In this document: in pieces, positions 1-10,703 of the stretch | Numbering within the stretch: the stretch's first letter is position 1 | Layout: every line of letters starts with the position of its first letter | From: Hydrogenobacter hydrogenophilus | GTDB taxonomy: Bacteria > Aquificota > Aquificia > Aquificales > Aquificaceae | Assembly (NCBI RefSeq): GCF_900215655.1 | Contig: NZ_OBEN01000007.1 | Span: 4,243-68,242 of the forward strand | Reading direction: 5' to 3' | DNA: 64,000 nucleotides | Notes under the pieces: generated by a model | What the model was told of the DNA's origin: nothing | Database searches by the model: none | Seen by the model: the letters and a program-made list of their open reading frames with translations, nothing else | Made by a program: the position numbers and the translations under genes

Positions 1-929
1 GTGGCTGCTATCCTAAGGTCCTCTATTCTCCCGTTGGTGCAAGAACCTATAAAGGCTTGATCTATGGTTATGTGAGTTGATTCGCTCACTGGATGGACAT
101 TAGAAGGCAGATAGGGCCATGCAACGAGAGGTTCTATCTTACTTGCATCCCATTCGTAAACTTCTAAATACTGGGCATCTGGATCGCTCTGGTAAATTTT
201 CCAAGGTTTTTTGGCTCTTGCAGATACATACTCTATGGTCTTTTCATCAGGTGCTATTATACCGTTCTTGCCTCCTGCCTCTATAGCCATGTTAGCGATA
301 GTGAGCCTCTGTTCTATAGAAAGATCTCTTATAGCTTCACCTTCAAACTCCATAGCCTTGTAGAGAGCACCGTCAACACCTATCTGCCCTATGGTGTGAA
401 GGATAAGGTCTTTTCCCATCACCCAGGGTTTTAGTTTCCCGTAGAAGATAAACTTCATAGAATGTGGAACTTTTAACCATATCTCTCCTGTAGCTAAGGC
501 GTATGCCAGATCAGTAGAACCTACACCCGTAGCAAAAGCTCCTATACCTCCGTAAGTGCATGTGTGAGAATCAGCACCTATGACCAAGTCTCCGGGTACA
601 ACTATACCTTGCTCAGGTAGTATGGTATGTTCTATACCTTCTCCTTCCGGAAAGAACCACTTTATTTTATGTTTTTTTGCAAATTCTCTTACTATCTTTG
701 CTTGTTCAGCGGACTTTATGTCCTTTGCAGGCACAAAGTGAGAAAGCACCAAAGCTACCTTATCTGGATCAAAAACCCTATCTATACCGTACTTCTCAAG
801 GGTCTTTATAGACAAAGGTGCGGTCACGTCGTTAGCCATAGCAAGGTCTATCTTTGCGGTAATGAGCTCTCCCGGATAGACTTCTTTTTTTCCTGAGTGG
901 TCTGCAAGTATCTTTTCTGTTATGGTCAT
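1..929 (-). CDS. leuC: 3-isopropylmalate dehydratase large subunit (aconitase family), partial. The C-terminal part runs off the window start.
   Basis: Reverse-strand translation from the ATG at 929-927 gives MTITEKILADHSGKKEVYPGELITAKIDLAMANDVT... and later VPGDLVIGADSHT (560-600). These are the LeuC N-terminal and aconitase-family motifs. The frame stays open to position 1. Confidence 0.8.
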   Translation of the reverse strand, partial: MTITEKILADHSGKKEVYPGELITAKIDLAMANDVTAPLSIKTLEKYGIDRVFDPDKVALVLSHFVPAKDIKSAEQAKIVREFAKKHKIKWFFPEGEGIEHTILPEQGIVVPGDLVIGADSHTCTYGGIGAFATGVGSTDLAYALATGEIWLKVPHSMKFIFYGKLKPWVMGKDLILHTIGQIGVDGALYKAMEFEGEAIRDLSIEQRLTIANMAIEAGGKNGIIAPDEKTIEYVSARAKKPWKIYQSDPDAQYLEVYEWDASKIEPLVAWPYLPSNVHPVSESTHITIDQAFIGSCTNGRIEDLRIAA

Positions 930-939
930 ACCCATGCCT

Positions 940-2817
940 TTACCTCCTTACCAAAGGTTCTTCCTGGGTTTTCTTTTCAAGGTTTAGTTCTTCTTTTTTG
1001 CACTCGTTCTTTATCTCAACTCCGTAAAGTTTGAGAACTTCTACAAACTCCTCACAGGATATGGTTTCCTTTTCTAAAAGTTTTTTCACAACAGCTTTTA
1101 GAGGCTCCTTGTAAGTTTCTATTGTTTTTTTTGTTTCCTCATAAGCCCACAAGAGTATGTTTCTTACTTCCTGATCTATCTCCCTTCTTAAGTCCTCGCT
1201 TATGTCTACCGATGTGGTTATGCCTCCTAAGAAAGGATTTACCGTTTTTCTCACTGCTAAGGGTCCCACTCTTTCGCTCATTCCCCACATGGAAACCATC
1301 CTGTAGGCAAGCTCTGTTGCTCTCTGAAGATCATTTTCTGCACCAGTAGTGATGCCTTCCTTCCCGTAAAACACCTCTTCCGCTGCACGCCCACCCATTA
1401 GGGTCAGTATCTTACCCATGAGGTCTTCTTTATCGTACATGTGTTTGTCATCTATGGGAAGCTGTTGAGTCACTCCTAAAGCCATACCTCTTGGTATTAT
1501 GGATACCTTATGAAGAGCGTCTGAGCCAGGCACCATAAGGCTCATGATGGCGTGTCCTGCCTCGTGGTACGCAATTTTCTCTTTCTCTTTTGGAGATATT
1601 ACCATTCCCTTTCTCTCAAGACCCATAGTAACTCTGTCTATGGCTTCTTCTATGTCTTCCATTTCTATGTAATCTTTGCCCTTTCTTGCTGCAAGAAGAG
1701 CTGCCTCGTTGAGCACATTCTCAAGGTCTGCACCTGTAAAGCCCGGTGTGGCTCTGGCTACCAGTTCCAGGTCTACATTAGGTGATAGTTTCTTATCCTT
1801 TGCATGGACTTTGAGTATTTCGTATCTTCCCCTCACATCAGGTCTTGGTATGAATATCTGTCTGTCAAATCTTCCCGGTCTTAGAAGTGCTGGGTCTAAT
1901 ATGTCCGGTCTGTTAGTGGCTGCTATGACTATGATGCCTTCTGATGTATCAAAGCCGTCCATCTCCACAAGAAGCTGATTTAAAGTCTGTTCCCTCTCGT
2001 CGTGTCCGCCACCTAAGTTTACAGCACCCCTTGACCTTCCTACCGCATCTATCTCATCTATAAATATGATGCAAGGAGCGTGTCTTTTAGCAGTATCAAA
2101 GAGATCTCTGACTCTTGCAGCACCTACTCCTACAAACATTTCAACGAAATCAGAACCAGAGACAGATATGAAAGGTACGTGTGCCTCACCCGCTATGGCT
2201 TTGGCAAGAAGTGTTTTGCCTACTCCCGGCTCTCCGTAAAAGAGCACACCTTTTGGTGGTCTACCACCAAGCCTTTGGAACTTTACAGGGTCTTTGAGGT
2301 ACTCAATGATCTCCTTTACCTCCTCTTTGACCTCCTCCATACCTGCCACATGGTTTAGTGTTATCTTGGGTTTTTCATCTATGTAAACTTTTGCCCTACT
2401 TTTACCAAAGCTAAAAGCTCTTGAGTTTGGGTTTCCACCACCGCTTACCTGACGCATCATGTATATCCATATGCCTATGAAGAAAAGAATAGGTAGCCAA
2501 GATACTAAGAAGCTAACAAACCATCCGCTGTGCTCTGGAGCTGGAACTTCAACTTTTACACCTTTGTCTATGAGCTTGCCCACTATATCAGACCCAGGAG
2601 GGATGCCTGTCTCTATCCTCTGTCCGTCAGTGGTAACGCCTATTAGCACATTGTCCTTTACTTTAACTTCTTTGAGCTTACCTTCGTCTGCCAACTGTAG
2701 AACTGTATTTAGAGGAGTTTTAACTACCGTCTCCTTGCTTCCCTCAAAAAGATTAAAAGCAAGTATCATAAATCCTAGTATGAGTATCCATACAAAGAGA
2801 TTTTTTACCCACTGCAT
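940..2817 (-). CDS. ftsH: ATP-dependent zinc metalloprotease FtsH
   Basis: 625 aa. N-terminal TM helices, Walker [22 protein letters not shown] second region of homology, zinc site HEAGHA. Confidence 0.95.
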   Translation of the reverse strand: MQWVKNLFVWILILGFMILAFNLFEGSKETVVKTPLNTVLQLADEGKLKEVKVKDNVLIGVTTDGQRIETGIPPGSDIVGKLIDKGVKVEVPAPEHSGWFVSFLVSWLPILFFIGIWIYMMRQVSGGGNPNSRAFSFGKSRAKVYIDEKPKITLNHVAGMEEVKEEVKEIIEYLKDPVKFQRLGGRPPKGVLFYGEPGVGKTLLAKAIAGEAHVPFISVSGSDFVEMFVGVGAARVRDLFDTAKRHAPCIIFIDEIDAVGRSRGAVNLGGGHDEREQTLNQLLVEMDGFDTSEGIIVIAATNRPDILDPALLRPGRFDRQIFIPRPDVRGRYEILKVHAKDKKLSPNVDLELVARATPGFTGADLENVLNEAALLAARKGKDYIEMEDIEEAIDRVTMGLERKGMVISPKEKEKIAYHEAGHAIMSLMVPGSDALHKVSIIPRGMALGVTQQLPIDDKHMYDKEDLMGKILTLMGGRAAEEVFYGKEGITTGAENDLQRATELAYRMVSMWGMSERVGPLAVRKTVNPFLGGITTSVDISEDLRREIDQEVRNILLWAYEETKKTIETYKEPLKAVVKKLLEKETISCEEFVEVLKLYGVEIKNECKKEELNLEKKTQEEPLVRR

Positions 2818-2847
2818 TATTTACCTCCTAATAAGGATTAAACATAA

Positions 2848-3798
2848 TCAACATTCTGTCCTTTGCAAGTATAGGTATGCTCCTTCAGACTTTAAAACTT
2901 TACCCTCACCAAGGTAGATACTTCCCCCTTTGTCTATCAAACACAAAGCCTGTTCTATCTTTCTAAAGTCCTTTATACCCAACCATATGGAAAGTAGTCT
3001 CCTTTGAATGGCTGGATGCAAGGACTTTAATTCTTTTCTGCGCAGAGCCTGTCCTTCTACACATTTTTCTAAAGCCATAAGAGTTTGCTGATGGATAAAT
3101 GCGTTCTCTTCTTTGAGAATGTTTCTTAGCCTTAAAAAGGAAGCTTCAAGATGTGGGTTTATGTGTTTAAGTTCTGGCACTACACGGTGTCTTATTCTGT
3201 TCCTCGCATACCGGATGTCGTAGTTAGTGCTATCCTCTACCCAACTTTCCTTTCTTGATAATACAAATGCCCTTATTTCCTCTTTAGTCACCCAATAGAG
3301 GGGTCTTACCAGATCCTCTAACTTTTCGTCAAATCCTGTGAGTCCCTCAAGACCACTGCCTCGGACAAGCCACAGTATTATGGTTTCTACAAGGTCATTA
3401 AGATGATGAGCGGTAGCTATCAGGTCAAATCCTTCACGATCCTTGATGCTTCTGAGCGCCTTATATCTGAGTTCTCTGGCTAAAGCTTCAAGATTTTCCT
3501 TACTTTCCTGTGCCATCTTTTTGATTTTTAACCTCTCAACAAATATCTCCAAACCTTTTCTTTTGGCAAACTCTACTGCAAACTCTTCGTCTCTGTCAGA
3601 TTCTTCCCTTATACCGTGATTTATGTGCGCCAAGGCAAGTCTTTTTAGCTTAAAAAAGTCTTTTAGTTCTATCAGAGCTAAGGTGAGAGCAACAGAGTCC
3701 ATACCACCAGAAAAAGCTACCAGCAATGATGTATTTTCAGGTAAAAGCCTTTTCTTTCTCTGAAGGGTTATGACTTTTCTGAGGAGTTGCTGAGCCAT
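2848..3798 (-). CDS. tilS: tRNA(Ile)-lysidine synthetase TilS
   Basis: PP-loop motif LVAFSGGMDSVAL. Conserved tilS-ftsH order. Start taken at M8 (ATG 3798-3796), which abuts the upstream stop (TAAtATG). Confidence 0.9.
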   Translation of the reverse strand: MAQQLLRKVITLQRKKRLLPENTSLLVAFSGGMDSVALTLALIELKDFFKLKRLALAHINHGIREESDRDEEFAVEFAKRKGLEIFVERLKIKKMAQESKENLEALARELRYKALRSIKDREGFDLIATAHHLNDLVETIILWLVRGSGLEGLTGFDEKLEDLVRPLYWVTKEEIRAFVLSRKESWVEDSTNYDIRYARNRIRHRVVPELKHINPHLEASFLRLRNILKEENAFIHQQTLMALEKCVEGQALRRKELKSLHPAIQRRLLSIWLGIKDFRKIEQALCLIDKGGSIYLGEGKVLKSEGAYLYLQRTEC

Positions 3799-3799
3799 A

Positions 3800-5023
3800 T
3801 TAACCTTTGATGAGCTCACCCATCTTGAATATGGGCAGGTAAAGAGCTATAAGTATGAGACCCACTATACCACCTATAAACACCATAAGAGCAGGTTCTA
3901 TAAGCTTTATCATGCCTTCAACCGCTCTGTCAAACTCATCTTCGTAGAACCTGGCTATGGTATCAAGCATCTCATCAAGTCTTCCTGTATCTTCGCCTAC
4001 TCTCACCATGGCTATCACAAGCTTAGGAAATATGCCCGTCTCTTCTAAAGAAGCGTGCATGGGTTTTCCTTCTATAACATTCTTCTTTGCTCTATCAACA
4101 GCTTCTTTTATGATCACATTTCCTGTAACCTGACCTGCTATATCAAAGGCTCTATCAAGGGATACACCGCTTGCAAAGAGCGTAGCCATGGTGCGCGCAA
4201 ACTTTGCCATAGAGCTTTTGAGTACAAGTTCTCCCATCTTGGGTACTTTAAGAGAAAAGGCATGAACGGACTTTCTAAAAGCGTAGTTGTTTTTGTAAAG
4301 TAGTCTGAAGACAACGGAAAATAGTATTACAACACCTATTATAAGTAAGAGGTTGTTTCTCAAAGCGTTTGAAGCATTTACCAGCATCTGAGTAGGCAAA
4401 GGAAGCTCTCCACCTAAGCTTTTGTAAAGCTCCGCAAAGGTAGGAACCAAATAGTAGAGTATACCTGTAACTATGATAGTAGCTATAACCACAACGAAGA
4501 TGGGATAAAAAGAGGCACTTTTTATCTTGCTTTTTATCATTGCCATTTTCTCGTAGTAATCTGCAGCTCTTATAAGTGCGGTATCAAGATTACCTGTCTC
4601 TTCACCCACCTTAGCGAGGTTTATTACAAGATCGGGAAAAACCTTTGGAAACCTTCTCATGGCAGCAGAAAGAGACATACCTTCACTTACCATTTTTGCC
4701 ACTTCCTTTCCTGCTGTAGAGAGCTGTTTGTTAGGAAGTTGTTCTGCAAGTATGTTTATAGCATCTATTATGTTAACACCTGCGTTTATCATGGTACCCA
4801 ATTGCCTGCAGAATATGGATATATCCCTGTCTTTTACACCTCCAAACAGGGGAATTTCAAAAGACCACTTTCTTTCCTTCTTTTCTTCTAACTGTTGCAC
4901 TTCAACTATGGCAAAACCTTTCTGTTGAAGTTCAGAAATCAAAAGCTCATGGCTGGGATATGTAACTTCTTGCTCCACAAAGCTCCCATCTTCTGCAAAG
5001 GCTCTGTATCTAAAACGGGGCAT
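3800..5023 (-). CDS. pilC: Type IV pilus assembly platform protein PilC (GspF family)
   Basis: 407 aa polytopic protein with two GspF-type repeats. Adjacent to pilT. Confidence 0.85.
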   Translation of the reverse strand: MPRFRYRAFAEDGSFVEQEVTYPSHELLISELQQKGFAIVEVQQLEEKKERKWSFEIPLFGGVKDRDISIFCRQLGTMINAGVNIIDAINILAEQLPNKQLSTAGKEVAKMVSEGMSLSAAMRRFPKVFPDLVINLAKVGEETGNLDTALIRAADYYEKMAMIKSKIKSASFYPIFVVVIATIIVTGILYYLVPTFAELYKSLGGELPLPTQMLVNASNALRNNLLLIIGVVILFSVVFRLLYKNNYAFRKSVHAFSLKVPKMGELVLKSSMAKFARTMATLFASGVSLDRAFDIAGQVTGNVIIKEAVDRAKKNVIEGKPMHASLEETGIFPKLVIAMVRVGEDTGRLDEMLDTIARFYEDEFDRAVEGMIKLIEPALMVFIGGIVGLILIALYLPIFKMGELIKG

Positions 5024-5024
5024 G

Positions 5025-6116
5025 TTATATGCTCCTGCCTATCATTCTCTCCAGCTCTTTCACATCAGGAGAGTACTTGAAGGCATCGTCAAGGGTGATA
5101 AGTCCCATCCTGTATAGACCTGCCAGAGACTGATTCATAGTTTGCATACCCGTTTCTGCCTGACCGCTTTGCATGATGGCATAAACTTGCTGAAGTTTGT
5201 TTTCTCTTATGAGGTTTCTTATGGCTGTGTTGGGAATCATAAGCTCGTAAGCTAGCACTCTGCCACCCCCCACCTTTGGCAGAAGTCTTTGGGCTATAAC
5301 TCCCTGAAGAACAAAGGACAGCTGTATTCTTACCTGCTCCTGCTGTGAAGGAGGAAACACATCTATGATCCTCGTTATTGTGGATATGGCGGTGTTGGTG
5401 TGAAGAGTTCCAAACACTAAGTGTCCTGTTTCTGCAGCTCTTAGAGCTATTTCTATGGTCTCTAAGTCCCTCATTTCACCAACAAGAATGACATCTGGAT
5501 CCTCTCTGAGAGCTGCTCTAAGAGCACTTGCAAAACTGTCTACATCTTCACCTATCTCTCTCTGATTTACTATACTCTTCTTGTGTTGAAAAACATACTC
5601 AATAGGGTCTTCTATAGTTATTATGTGATGAGGAAAGTTTTCGTTTATGTAATTTATAAGGGATGCCAAGGTTGTGGTTTTTCCTGAACCCGTAGGACCT
5701 GTCACCAGAACTAACCCCATACTCTTATGGCAAAGCTCAAGCACCTTTTCAGTAAGCCCAAGTTCTTTGACACTCATGATCTTGTAAGGAAGCCTTCTGA
5801 AAGCACCAGCTATTGAACCTCTCTGAAGAAATACATTGGTTCTGAACCGCCCCACATCCTTGATTCCAAAGGAAAAATCCACCTGACCTTTCTCCTCCAA
5901 TTCCTTTCTGTGTCTTTCAGACATAACAGAGTAGGCGAGCTTTTGAGTCATTTCTGGCGTCAGCACAGGGTAATCAGAAAGGGGTGTGATCCTTCCATCT
6001 ATCCTCACGGAAGGTTTGGCACCAGGTGTAATGTGAAGGTCGCTGGCACCAAGCTGTACTGTCTTTACCAAAAGGTCAACGAGCTTAACTTCTTGGGACT
6101 GGGCGCTTGGAGTCAT
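5025..6116 (-). CDS. pilT: Twitching-motility / pilus retraction ATPase PilT
   Basis: Walker A GPTGSGKTTT, Asp box VILVGEMRD, PilT signature AIRNLIRENK. 363 aa from the ATG at 6116, which has an upstream GGAGGG. The longer ORF start (6239) adds a non-homologous 41 aa extension. Confidence 0.85.
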   Translation of the reverse strand: MTPSAQSQEVKLVDLLVKTVQLGASDLHITPGAKPSVRIDGRITPLSDYPVLTPEMTQKLAYSVMSERHRKELEEKGQVDFSFGIKDVGRFRTNVFLQRGSIAGAFRRLPYKIMSVKELGLTEKVLELCHKSMGLVLVTGPTGSGKTTTLASLINYINENFPHHIITIEDPIEYVFQHKKSIVNQREIGEDVDSFASALRAALREDPDVILVGEMRDLETIEIALRAAETGHLVFGTLHTNTAISTITRIIDVFPPSQQEQVRIQLSFVLQGVIAQRLLPKVGGGRVLAYELMIPNTAIRNLIRENKLQQVYAIMQSGQAETGMQTMNQSLAGLYRMGLITLDDAFKYSPDVKELERMIGRSI

Positions 6117-6195
6117 TTTTCCCTCCTCATTAAATAGTATATGCAAATTCCTTTGAATGAGAAGTTTTATTATATAAATTAGGAGGCTGAAAGTT

Positions 6196-6654
6196 TTGAA
6201 AAACAAAGTTGTGTCCGTTATTGGGTCTTCACAAGCCACAGAGGAAGAGTACCATGTGGCTTACCTTGTGGGTTTTGAACTTGCAAAGCGTGGCATATTG
6301 GTGGTGTGTGGGGGAAGGGGTGGTGTTATGGAAGCTGTTTGCAAAGGAGTTAAAGAAGGCGGTGGTATGAGCATAGGGATTCTTCCTTCTTACACGGGAG
6401 AAGAAGCCAATCCCTTTGTGGATATAAAGATAAAGACGGGTATGAACTGGAACAGGAATCCTATAGTGGTAGCAAGCGGTGATATGGTCATTGCCATAGG
6501 TGGACACTGGGGCACCCTTTCAGAGATAGCCTATGCCATGATACTTGAAAAGTATGTAGTAGGATATAAGACCCATCCTATAAAGGGAGTAGACCATGTT
6601 GAGAGTGTAGAAGAGATACTCCGAAAGGTTGATGAGTATTTTAGAGGAGCTTAA
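6196..6654 (+). CDS. LOG-family / TIGR00725-like protein (possible nucleotide phosphoribohydrolase)
   Basis: 152 aa. MKNKVVSVIGSS...GILVVCGGRGGVMEAV...GDMVIAIGG Rossmann-like LOG/DprA-type motifs. TTG start preceded by AGGAGG at 6181-6186. Confidence 0.65.
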   Translation: MKNKVVSVIGSSQATEEEYHVAYLVGFELAKRGILVVCGGRGGVMEAVCKGVKEGGGMSIGILPSYTGEEANPFVDIKIKTGMNWNRNPIVVASGDMVIAIGGHWGTLSEIAYAMILEKYVVGYKTHPIKGVDHVESVEEILRKVDEYFRGA

Positions 6655-7327
6655 TAAACTCTTCTATGCCTTCCGAGGCTTTCTTTTTTATCATTATGTC
6701 TGCTATTTCTGATATAGGTGTGTCCTCTGGGTTTATCTCTACCAGCTTGGCTCCCCCCTGTTTTGCCAAAAGGGGAAGCTGTGCTGCAGGATAAACAACT
6801 CCAGATGTGCCAACAACCAAAAGAATGGAACAGGATTTTACGAACTTTATGGCTGTTTCCCATTCTTCTTGGGGTAGGCTCTCACCAAACCATACTACAT
6901 CTGGTCTTAGCAATCCTTTACAATGTTTGCATCTTGGTGGGATCTCCTCTAAGGGCACTCTGTAGTCGTAATACCTTCTACCACAAGCTGTACACAATAC
7001 ACGCCATATATTACCGTGAAGCTCAACTACTTTTTTTGAACCCGCTTTTTGGTGCAGTCCATCCACATTTTGGGTTATGAGAAGAAAATCCTCAAAGAGG
7101 TCTTCTAACTTAGCTATAAGGAGATGTCCTTTGTTGGGCTCCGCTTTGTTAATGATAGCTCTTCTCCAATCGTACCATTCCCAAACCAACTTAGGATCAT
7201 TTTTAAAAGCTTCAGGCGTTGCTAACTCTTCAGGTTTAAAGGTTTTCCAAAGGCCAGAAGAACCTCTAAAGGTGGGAACACCACTTTCTGCGGAAATACC
7301 CGCACCAGTAAGAACAGCCAACTTCAT
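6641..7327 (-). CDS. cobB: NAD-dependent protein deacylase, Sir2 family
   Basis: GAGISAESGVPTFRG, QNVDGLH, CxxC...CxxC zinc ribbon. Confidence 0.9.
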   Translation of the reverse strand: MKLAVLTGAGISAESGVPTFRGSSGLWKTFKPEELATPEAFKNDPKLVWEWYDWRRAIINKAEPNKGHLLIAKLEDLFEDFLLITQNVDGLHQKAGSKKVVELHGNIWRVLCTACGRRYYDYRVPLEEIPPRCKHCKGLLRPDVVWFGESLPQEEWETAIKFVKSCSILLVVGTSGVVYPAAQLPLLAKQGGAKLVEINPEDTPISEIADIMIKKKASEGIEEFIKLL

Positions 7328-7370
7328 AATGGTTTATAATATTACCTAAAGACGGGATATAATCCTTAAC

Positions 7371-8105
7371 ATGATTGAGAAAAAACCCATACTTGAGTTT
7401 CAGGCACCCATTGTGGAGATCATAACAGAAACACCAAGTACCAAAACACTGGTATTTGACATAAGGGGTACAAACTTTGACTTCTATCCAGGGCAGTATG
7501 TAATGTTAGAAGTCCCTTATCCTCCTACCGGAGAACTGCTCAAAAGGGCATACTCCATAGCTAACTCTCCCTTACAAAAAGATCGCCTTGAACTAACCGT
7601 AAAGAAAACTCCTAACGGTAAAGCATCAGTTATACTGACAGAGCATGTTAAGGTGGGCGATACCTTTAAGATAAAGGGTCCTTACGGAAAGTTTGTATGG
7701 CTCCCTGAGATGTCTGACAGAATAGTCCTCATATCCGCAGGAAGCGGTATAGTTCCTCTTATGTGCATACTCAGGTATATAGTTTCCGCAAAACTTTATC
7801 ATGTAAAAGCCACTTTGCTTTATTCCAATACATCTTACGAGGAAATCATATACAGAGAAGAGTTAGAACGCATGAAAAATTATCCTAACATAAAGGTAGT
7901 ACACACTCTCACACGCTCTGTGCCAGAAGGTTGGAAGGGTTATACTGGTAGGATAAACCCTGATATGATCCTCAAAGAAGTTCAGGACATACCCTTAAAC
8001 CTCTATTACTTGTGTGGTCCTCCCAAGTTTGTTGATGATATAACTTCTATGCTCTTAGAGTTGGGTGTTGATAAGGAAAGGATAAAAAAGGAAAAGTACG
8101 ACTGA
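7371..8105 (+). CDS. FNR-family FAD/NAD(P)-binding oxidoreductase
   Basis: 244 aa. RAYSIANSP (RxYS FAD-binding motif), GSGIVPLM NAD(P) motif. No C-terminal Fe-S cysteines. Confidence 0.6.
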   Translation: MIEKKPILEFQAPIVEIITETPSTKTLVFDIRGTNFDFYPGQYVMLEVPYPPTGELLKRAYSIANSPLQKDRLELTVKKTPNGKASVILTEHVKVGDTFKIKGPYGKFVWLPEMSDRIVLISAGSGIVPLMCILRYIVSAKLYHVKATLLYSNTSYEEIIYREELERMKNYPNIKVVHTLTRSVPEGWKGYTGRINPDMILKEVQDIPLNLYYLCGPPKFVDDITSMLLELGVDKERIKKEKYD

Positions 8106-8142
8106 CTTATTGGAACCACATTAGCTTTTGTTATAATGTTTT

Positions 8143-8715
8143 ATGATGAGATATTATCTCATAAGGATAGTGCCGTTAGTTTTAGCTCTGCTTGTTGTGA
8201 TGGGGGGTTTTTGGGGGTTAAAGTGGTGGAAGGACAAAAAGCTTTCAGAACTTTCCTATCAAGAGTACGAGATAAGGCGCGCCATACAATCTGGAGACTA
8301 CAAGCGAGCAGATGAGCTCATAAAAAAGATCCAAGCGGATGACTCTCCTTATAAACCCCTCGTGCTTTCTTACAGGCTTTACTTAGAGAAAGAAGAAGGC
8401 ATTAAAGTAGATGAGGTTCAGATTCTTCAGGACCTGATAAGTTCCCTCAAAGATAAGGATATTGTGCCTTTATACAAAGAGAGACTGGCTTATGCTTACT
8501 ACCTTGTAGGAAACAACCAAAAAGCTCTTGAGCTTCTAAATAACATCGGTAAGGACAGTTTCAATTATTACTCCGCACAGATTCTCAAGGGTATGGTATT
8601 AGAAAAGATGGGAAAAAAGGATCAGGCTAAAGAGGTCTACACACAGGTGGAGAAGTTAGCTAAAGGCACTTACTTTGGAAACCTCGCAGGAGCTCTTCTG
8701 ATGGAGGAAAGATAG
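8143..8715 (+). CDS. Membrane-anchored TPR-repeat protein, hypothetical
   Basis: N-terminal TM helix followed by TPR-like helical repeats. Confidence 0.45.
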   Translation: MMRYYLIRIVPLVLALLVVMGGFWGLKWWKDKKLSELSYQEYEIRRAIQSGDYKRADELIKKIQADDSPYKPLVLSYRLYLEKEEGIKVDEVQILQDLISSLKDKDIVPLYKERLAYAYYLVGNNQKALELLNNIGKDSFNYYSAQILKGMVLEKMGKKDQAKEVYTQVEKLAKGTYFGNLAGALLMEER

Positions 8716-10701
8716 ATGGATCTGCTTATAGAGATAGGCACAGAAGAGCTCCCTGCTAAGGTGATAAATCCCCTTTCGGAATATCTTAAAGAGGCGGTAG
8801 GAGATGTTTTAGGAAGAAAGGACGCAAAAACTTACGCAACTCCCAGAAGGATAGCTCTCTATTACAAAGACTTTGAAAACATTAGCACAACGCACGAAGA
8901 ACTACTTATAGGACCACCACTGAGCGCAGCTTACGACCAAGAGGGAAGACCTACAAAGGCTCTCTTAGGCTTTCTTCAGAGAACCCAAGCTTCCCATGAG
9001 GATGTGATAACTATCCAAAAAGGCACAGCCCAGTATGTTGCGGTAAAGAAAGTCCAAGAGGGTAAAAAGCCCCTTGACCTTCTTGTAGAAAAGTTTGAAG
9101 GTATTCTCCTTTCCGCACCACTACCAAAGAGTATGCGCTGGGACAAGACACATGTGAGGTTTTCAAGACCAGTAAGGTGGATATGTGCCCTTTACGGTGA
9201 GCAGGTAGTTCCTCTGCGTTTCGGTAGTGTTCAGGCAGGAAGGAAAACAAAGGGACACAGGTTTCTATCACAAGGATGGATAGAGTTAAGGTCTGCTTCT
9301 GAATACGAAGAGAAACTCAAAGAGCATTATGTAGTACCTGACTTTAAAGAGAGATGGGGTATGATCTTGAGCTTTCTAAAAGAAGAGAGCTACGCTTTGG
9401 GTGGTGTTGCTGAGTATCCAGAGGGACTTGACCAAGAGGTAGCAAACCTTGTGGAGTTTCCCTTTGCGGTAGTAGGTACTTTTGACGAAAAGTACCTTCA
9501 ACTTCCTCAAAAGGTTATAGTCACAGTACTTGCCCATCACCAGAGGTTTTTTTGCGTGAAAAAACAGGACAAGCTCCTTCCCAACTTTATAGCCATAAGC
9601 GGGAATCTTCCCAAAGATAGCCTTATAGTCAAAGGCTACGAAAAGGTGGTAAAGGCAAGGTTAGAGGACGCCCTCTTTTTCTACAAAGAAGACCAAAAGG
9701 TAAGACTTGAGGACCTTGTGGAAAAACTCTCCCAAGTAGTTTTCCATCCAAAAGCGGGTAGTATGTTAGAAAAGACCCAAAGACTTATAACTCTTTCAGA
9801 AGAAATAGGAAAGGCTTTAAACTTAGACGAAAACACTCTTAAAAAGCTAAGAAGAGCAAGCTACCTTTCAAAAGCGGACCTTCTTACCCACATGGTAAGG
9901 GAGTTTGACGAACTTCAGGGATACATGGGATATGTGTATGCCCTTCTTCAGGGTGAAGACCAAGAGACAGCTCTTGCCATATACGAGCATTACTTTCCCA
10001 AGTCTCCCTCTGACCCTCTGCCATCAGGGACAGTAGGCAAAGTGCTCTCCCTTGCGGACAAAATAGATAACCTTGTGATACTGATAAGAGCAGGTGAGAT
10101 TCCTTCTGGTAGTTCTGATCCCTACGGTCTTAGAAGATACGCTTATGCGGTATTTTCTATAATTGAAGACACCCAGTGGGATCTAAATTTGAGAGAGTTG
10201 ATAGAAAAGACCTACGGTGGTGTAGATAATACATTGGAGGAATTTTTGAGAAACAGGCTTGAGGCTTACCTTGAACCTTACGGGTATGATGTGGCAAGAG
10301 CTGTGCTTGAGGTACATGACCCTTTGAAACCACTTAAAAGTATAAATACCGCCAAAAGGATTGCCAGTTTGAAAGAGGAGCAAAAATTTAAAGATGTAGT
10401 AAGCACATACAGGAGGGTGGTGAAGATCCTTCCTAAGGACTGGGGGGACAACATGGTAGATGAAAGGGCTCTCAAAGAAGAGGAGGAAAAAGACCTTTGG
10501 GAAAAGCTAAAGGGACTGAGGGTAGAAGATGTTCTTGATCTTCAGCCTTTGAAAGAGTACATAGACAACTTCTTTGACAAGGTGCTCGTTATGGATAAAG
10601 ACGAGTGGATAAGAAGGAACAGATTAGCTTTGCTTTTAAATGTAAAACAACTTTTCAATAAATTTGCAGACTTTGAAAAATTGGTGTACGAGGAGGTATA
10701 A
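8716..10701 (+). CDS. glyS: Glycine--tRNA ligase beta subunit
   Basis: 661 aa. MDLLIEIGTEELPAK N-terminus typical of GlyS. Anticodon-binding C-terminal domain. Confidence 0.9.
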   Translation: MDLLIEIGTEELPAKVINPLSEYLKEAVGDVLGRKDAKTYATPRRIALYYKDFENISTTHEELLIGPPLSAAYDQEGRPTKALLGFLQRTQASHEDVITIQKGTAQYVAVKKVQEGKKPLDLLVEKFEGILLSAPLPKSMRWDKTHVRFSRPVRWICALYGEQVVPLRFGSVQAGRKTKGHRFLSQGWIELRSASEYEEKLKEHYVVPDFKERWGMILSFLKEESYALGGVAEYPEGLDQEVANLVEFPFAVVGTFDEKYLQLPQKVIVTVLAHHQRFFCVKKQDKLLPNFIAISGNLPKDSLIVKGYEKVVKARLEDALFFYKEDQKVRLEDLVEKLSQVVFHPKAGSMLEKTQRLITLSEEIGKALNLDENTLKKLRRASYLSKADLLTHMVREFDELQGYMGYVYALLQGEDQETALAIYEHYFPKSPSDPLPSGTVGKVLSLADKIDNLVILIRAGEIPSGSSDPYGLRRYAYAVFSIIEDTQWDLNLRELIEKTYGGVDNTLEEFLRNRLEAYLEPYGYDVARAVLEVHDPLKPLKSINTAKRIASLKEEQKFKDVVSTYRRVVKILPKDWGDNMVDERALKEEEEKDLWEKLKGLRVEDVLDLQPLKEYIDNFFDKVLVMDKDEWIRRNRLALLLNVKQLFNKFADFEKLVYEEV

Positions 10702-10703
10702 AA

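Noticed and set aside
627-896. 89-aa + strand ORF
   Set aside because: It lies antisense inside the leuC coding region with low-complexity composition. Spurious.
1122-2917. Multiple 75-152 aa + strand ORFs (1122-1349, 1552-1785, 1676-1978, 2080-2358, 2459-2917)
   Set aside because: All lie antisense within ftsH. Typical shadow ORFs of a long coding region.
5025-6239. Long 404-aa version of pilT (start at 6239)
   Set aside because: The extra 41 N-terminal residues (MACEDPITDTTLFFKTFSLLIYIIKLLIQRNLHILFNEEGK) have no counterpart in PilT proteins. The internal ATG at 6116 has a GGAGGG SD and gives the canonical PilT N-terminus.
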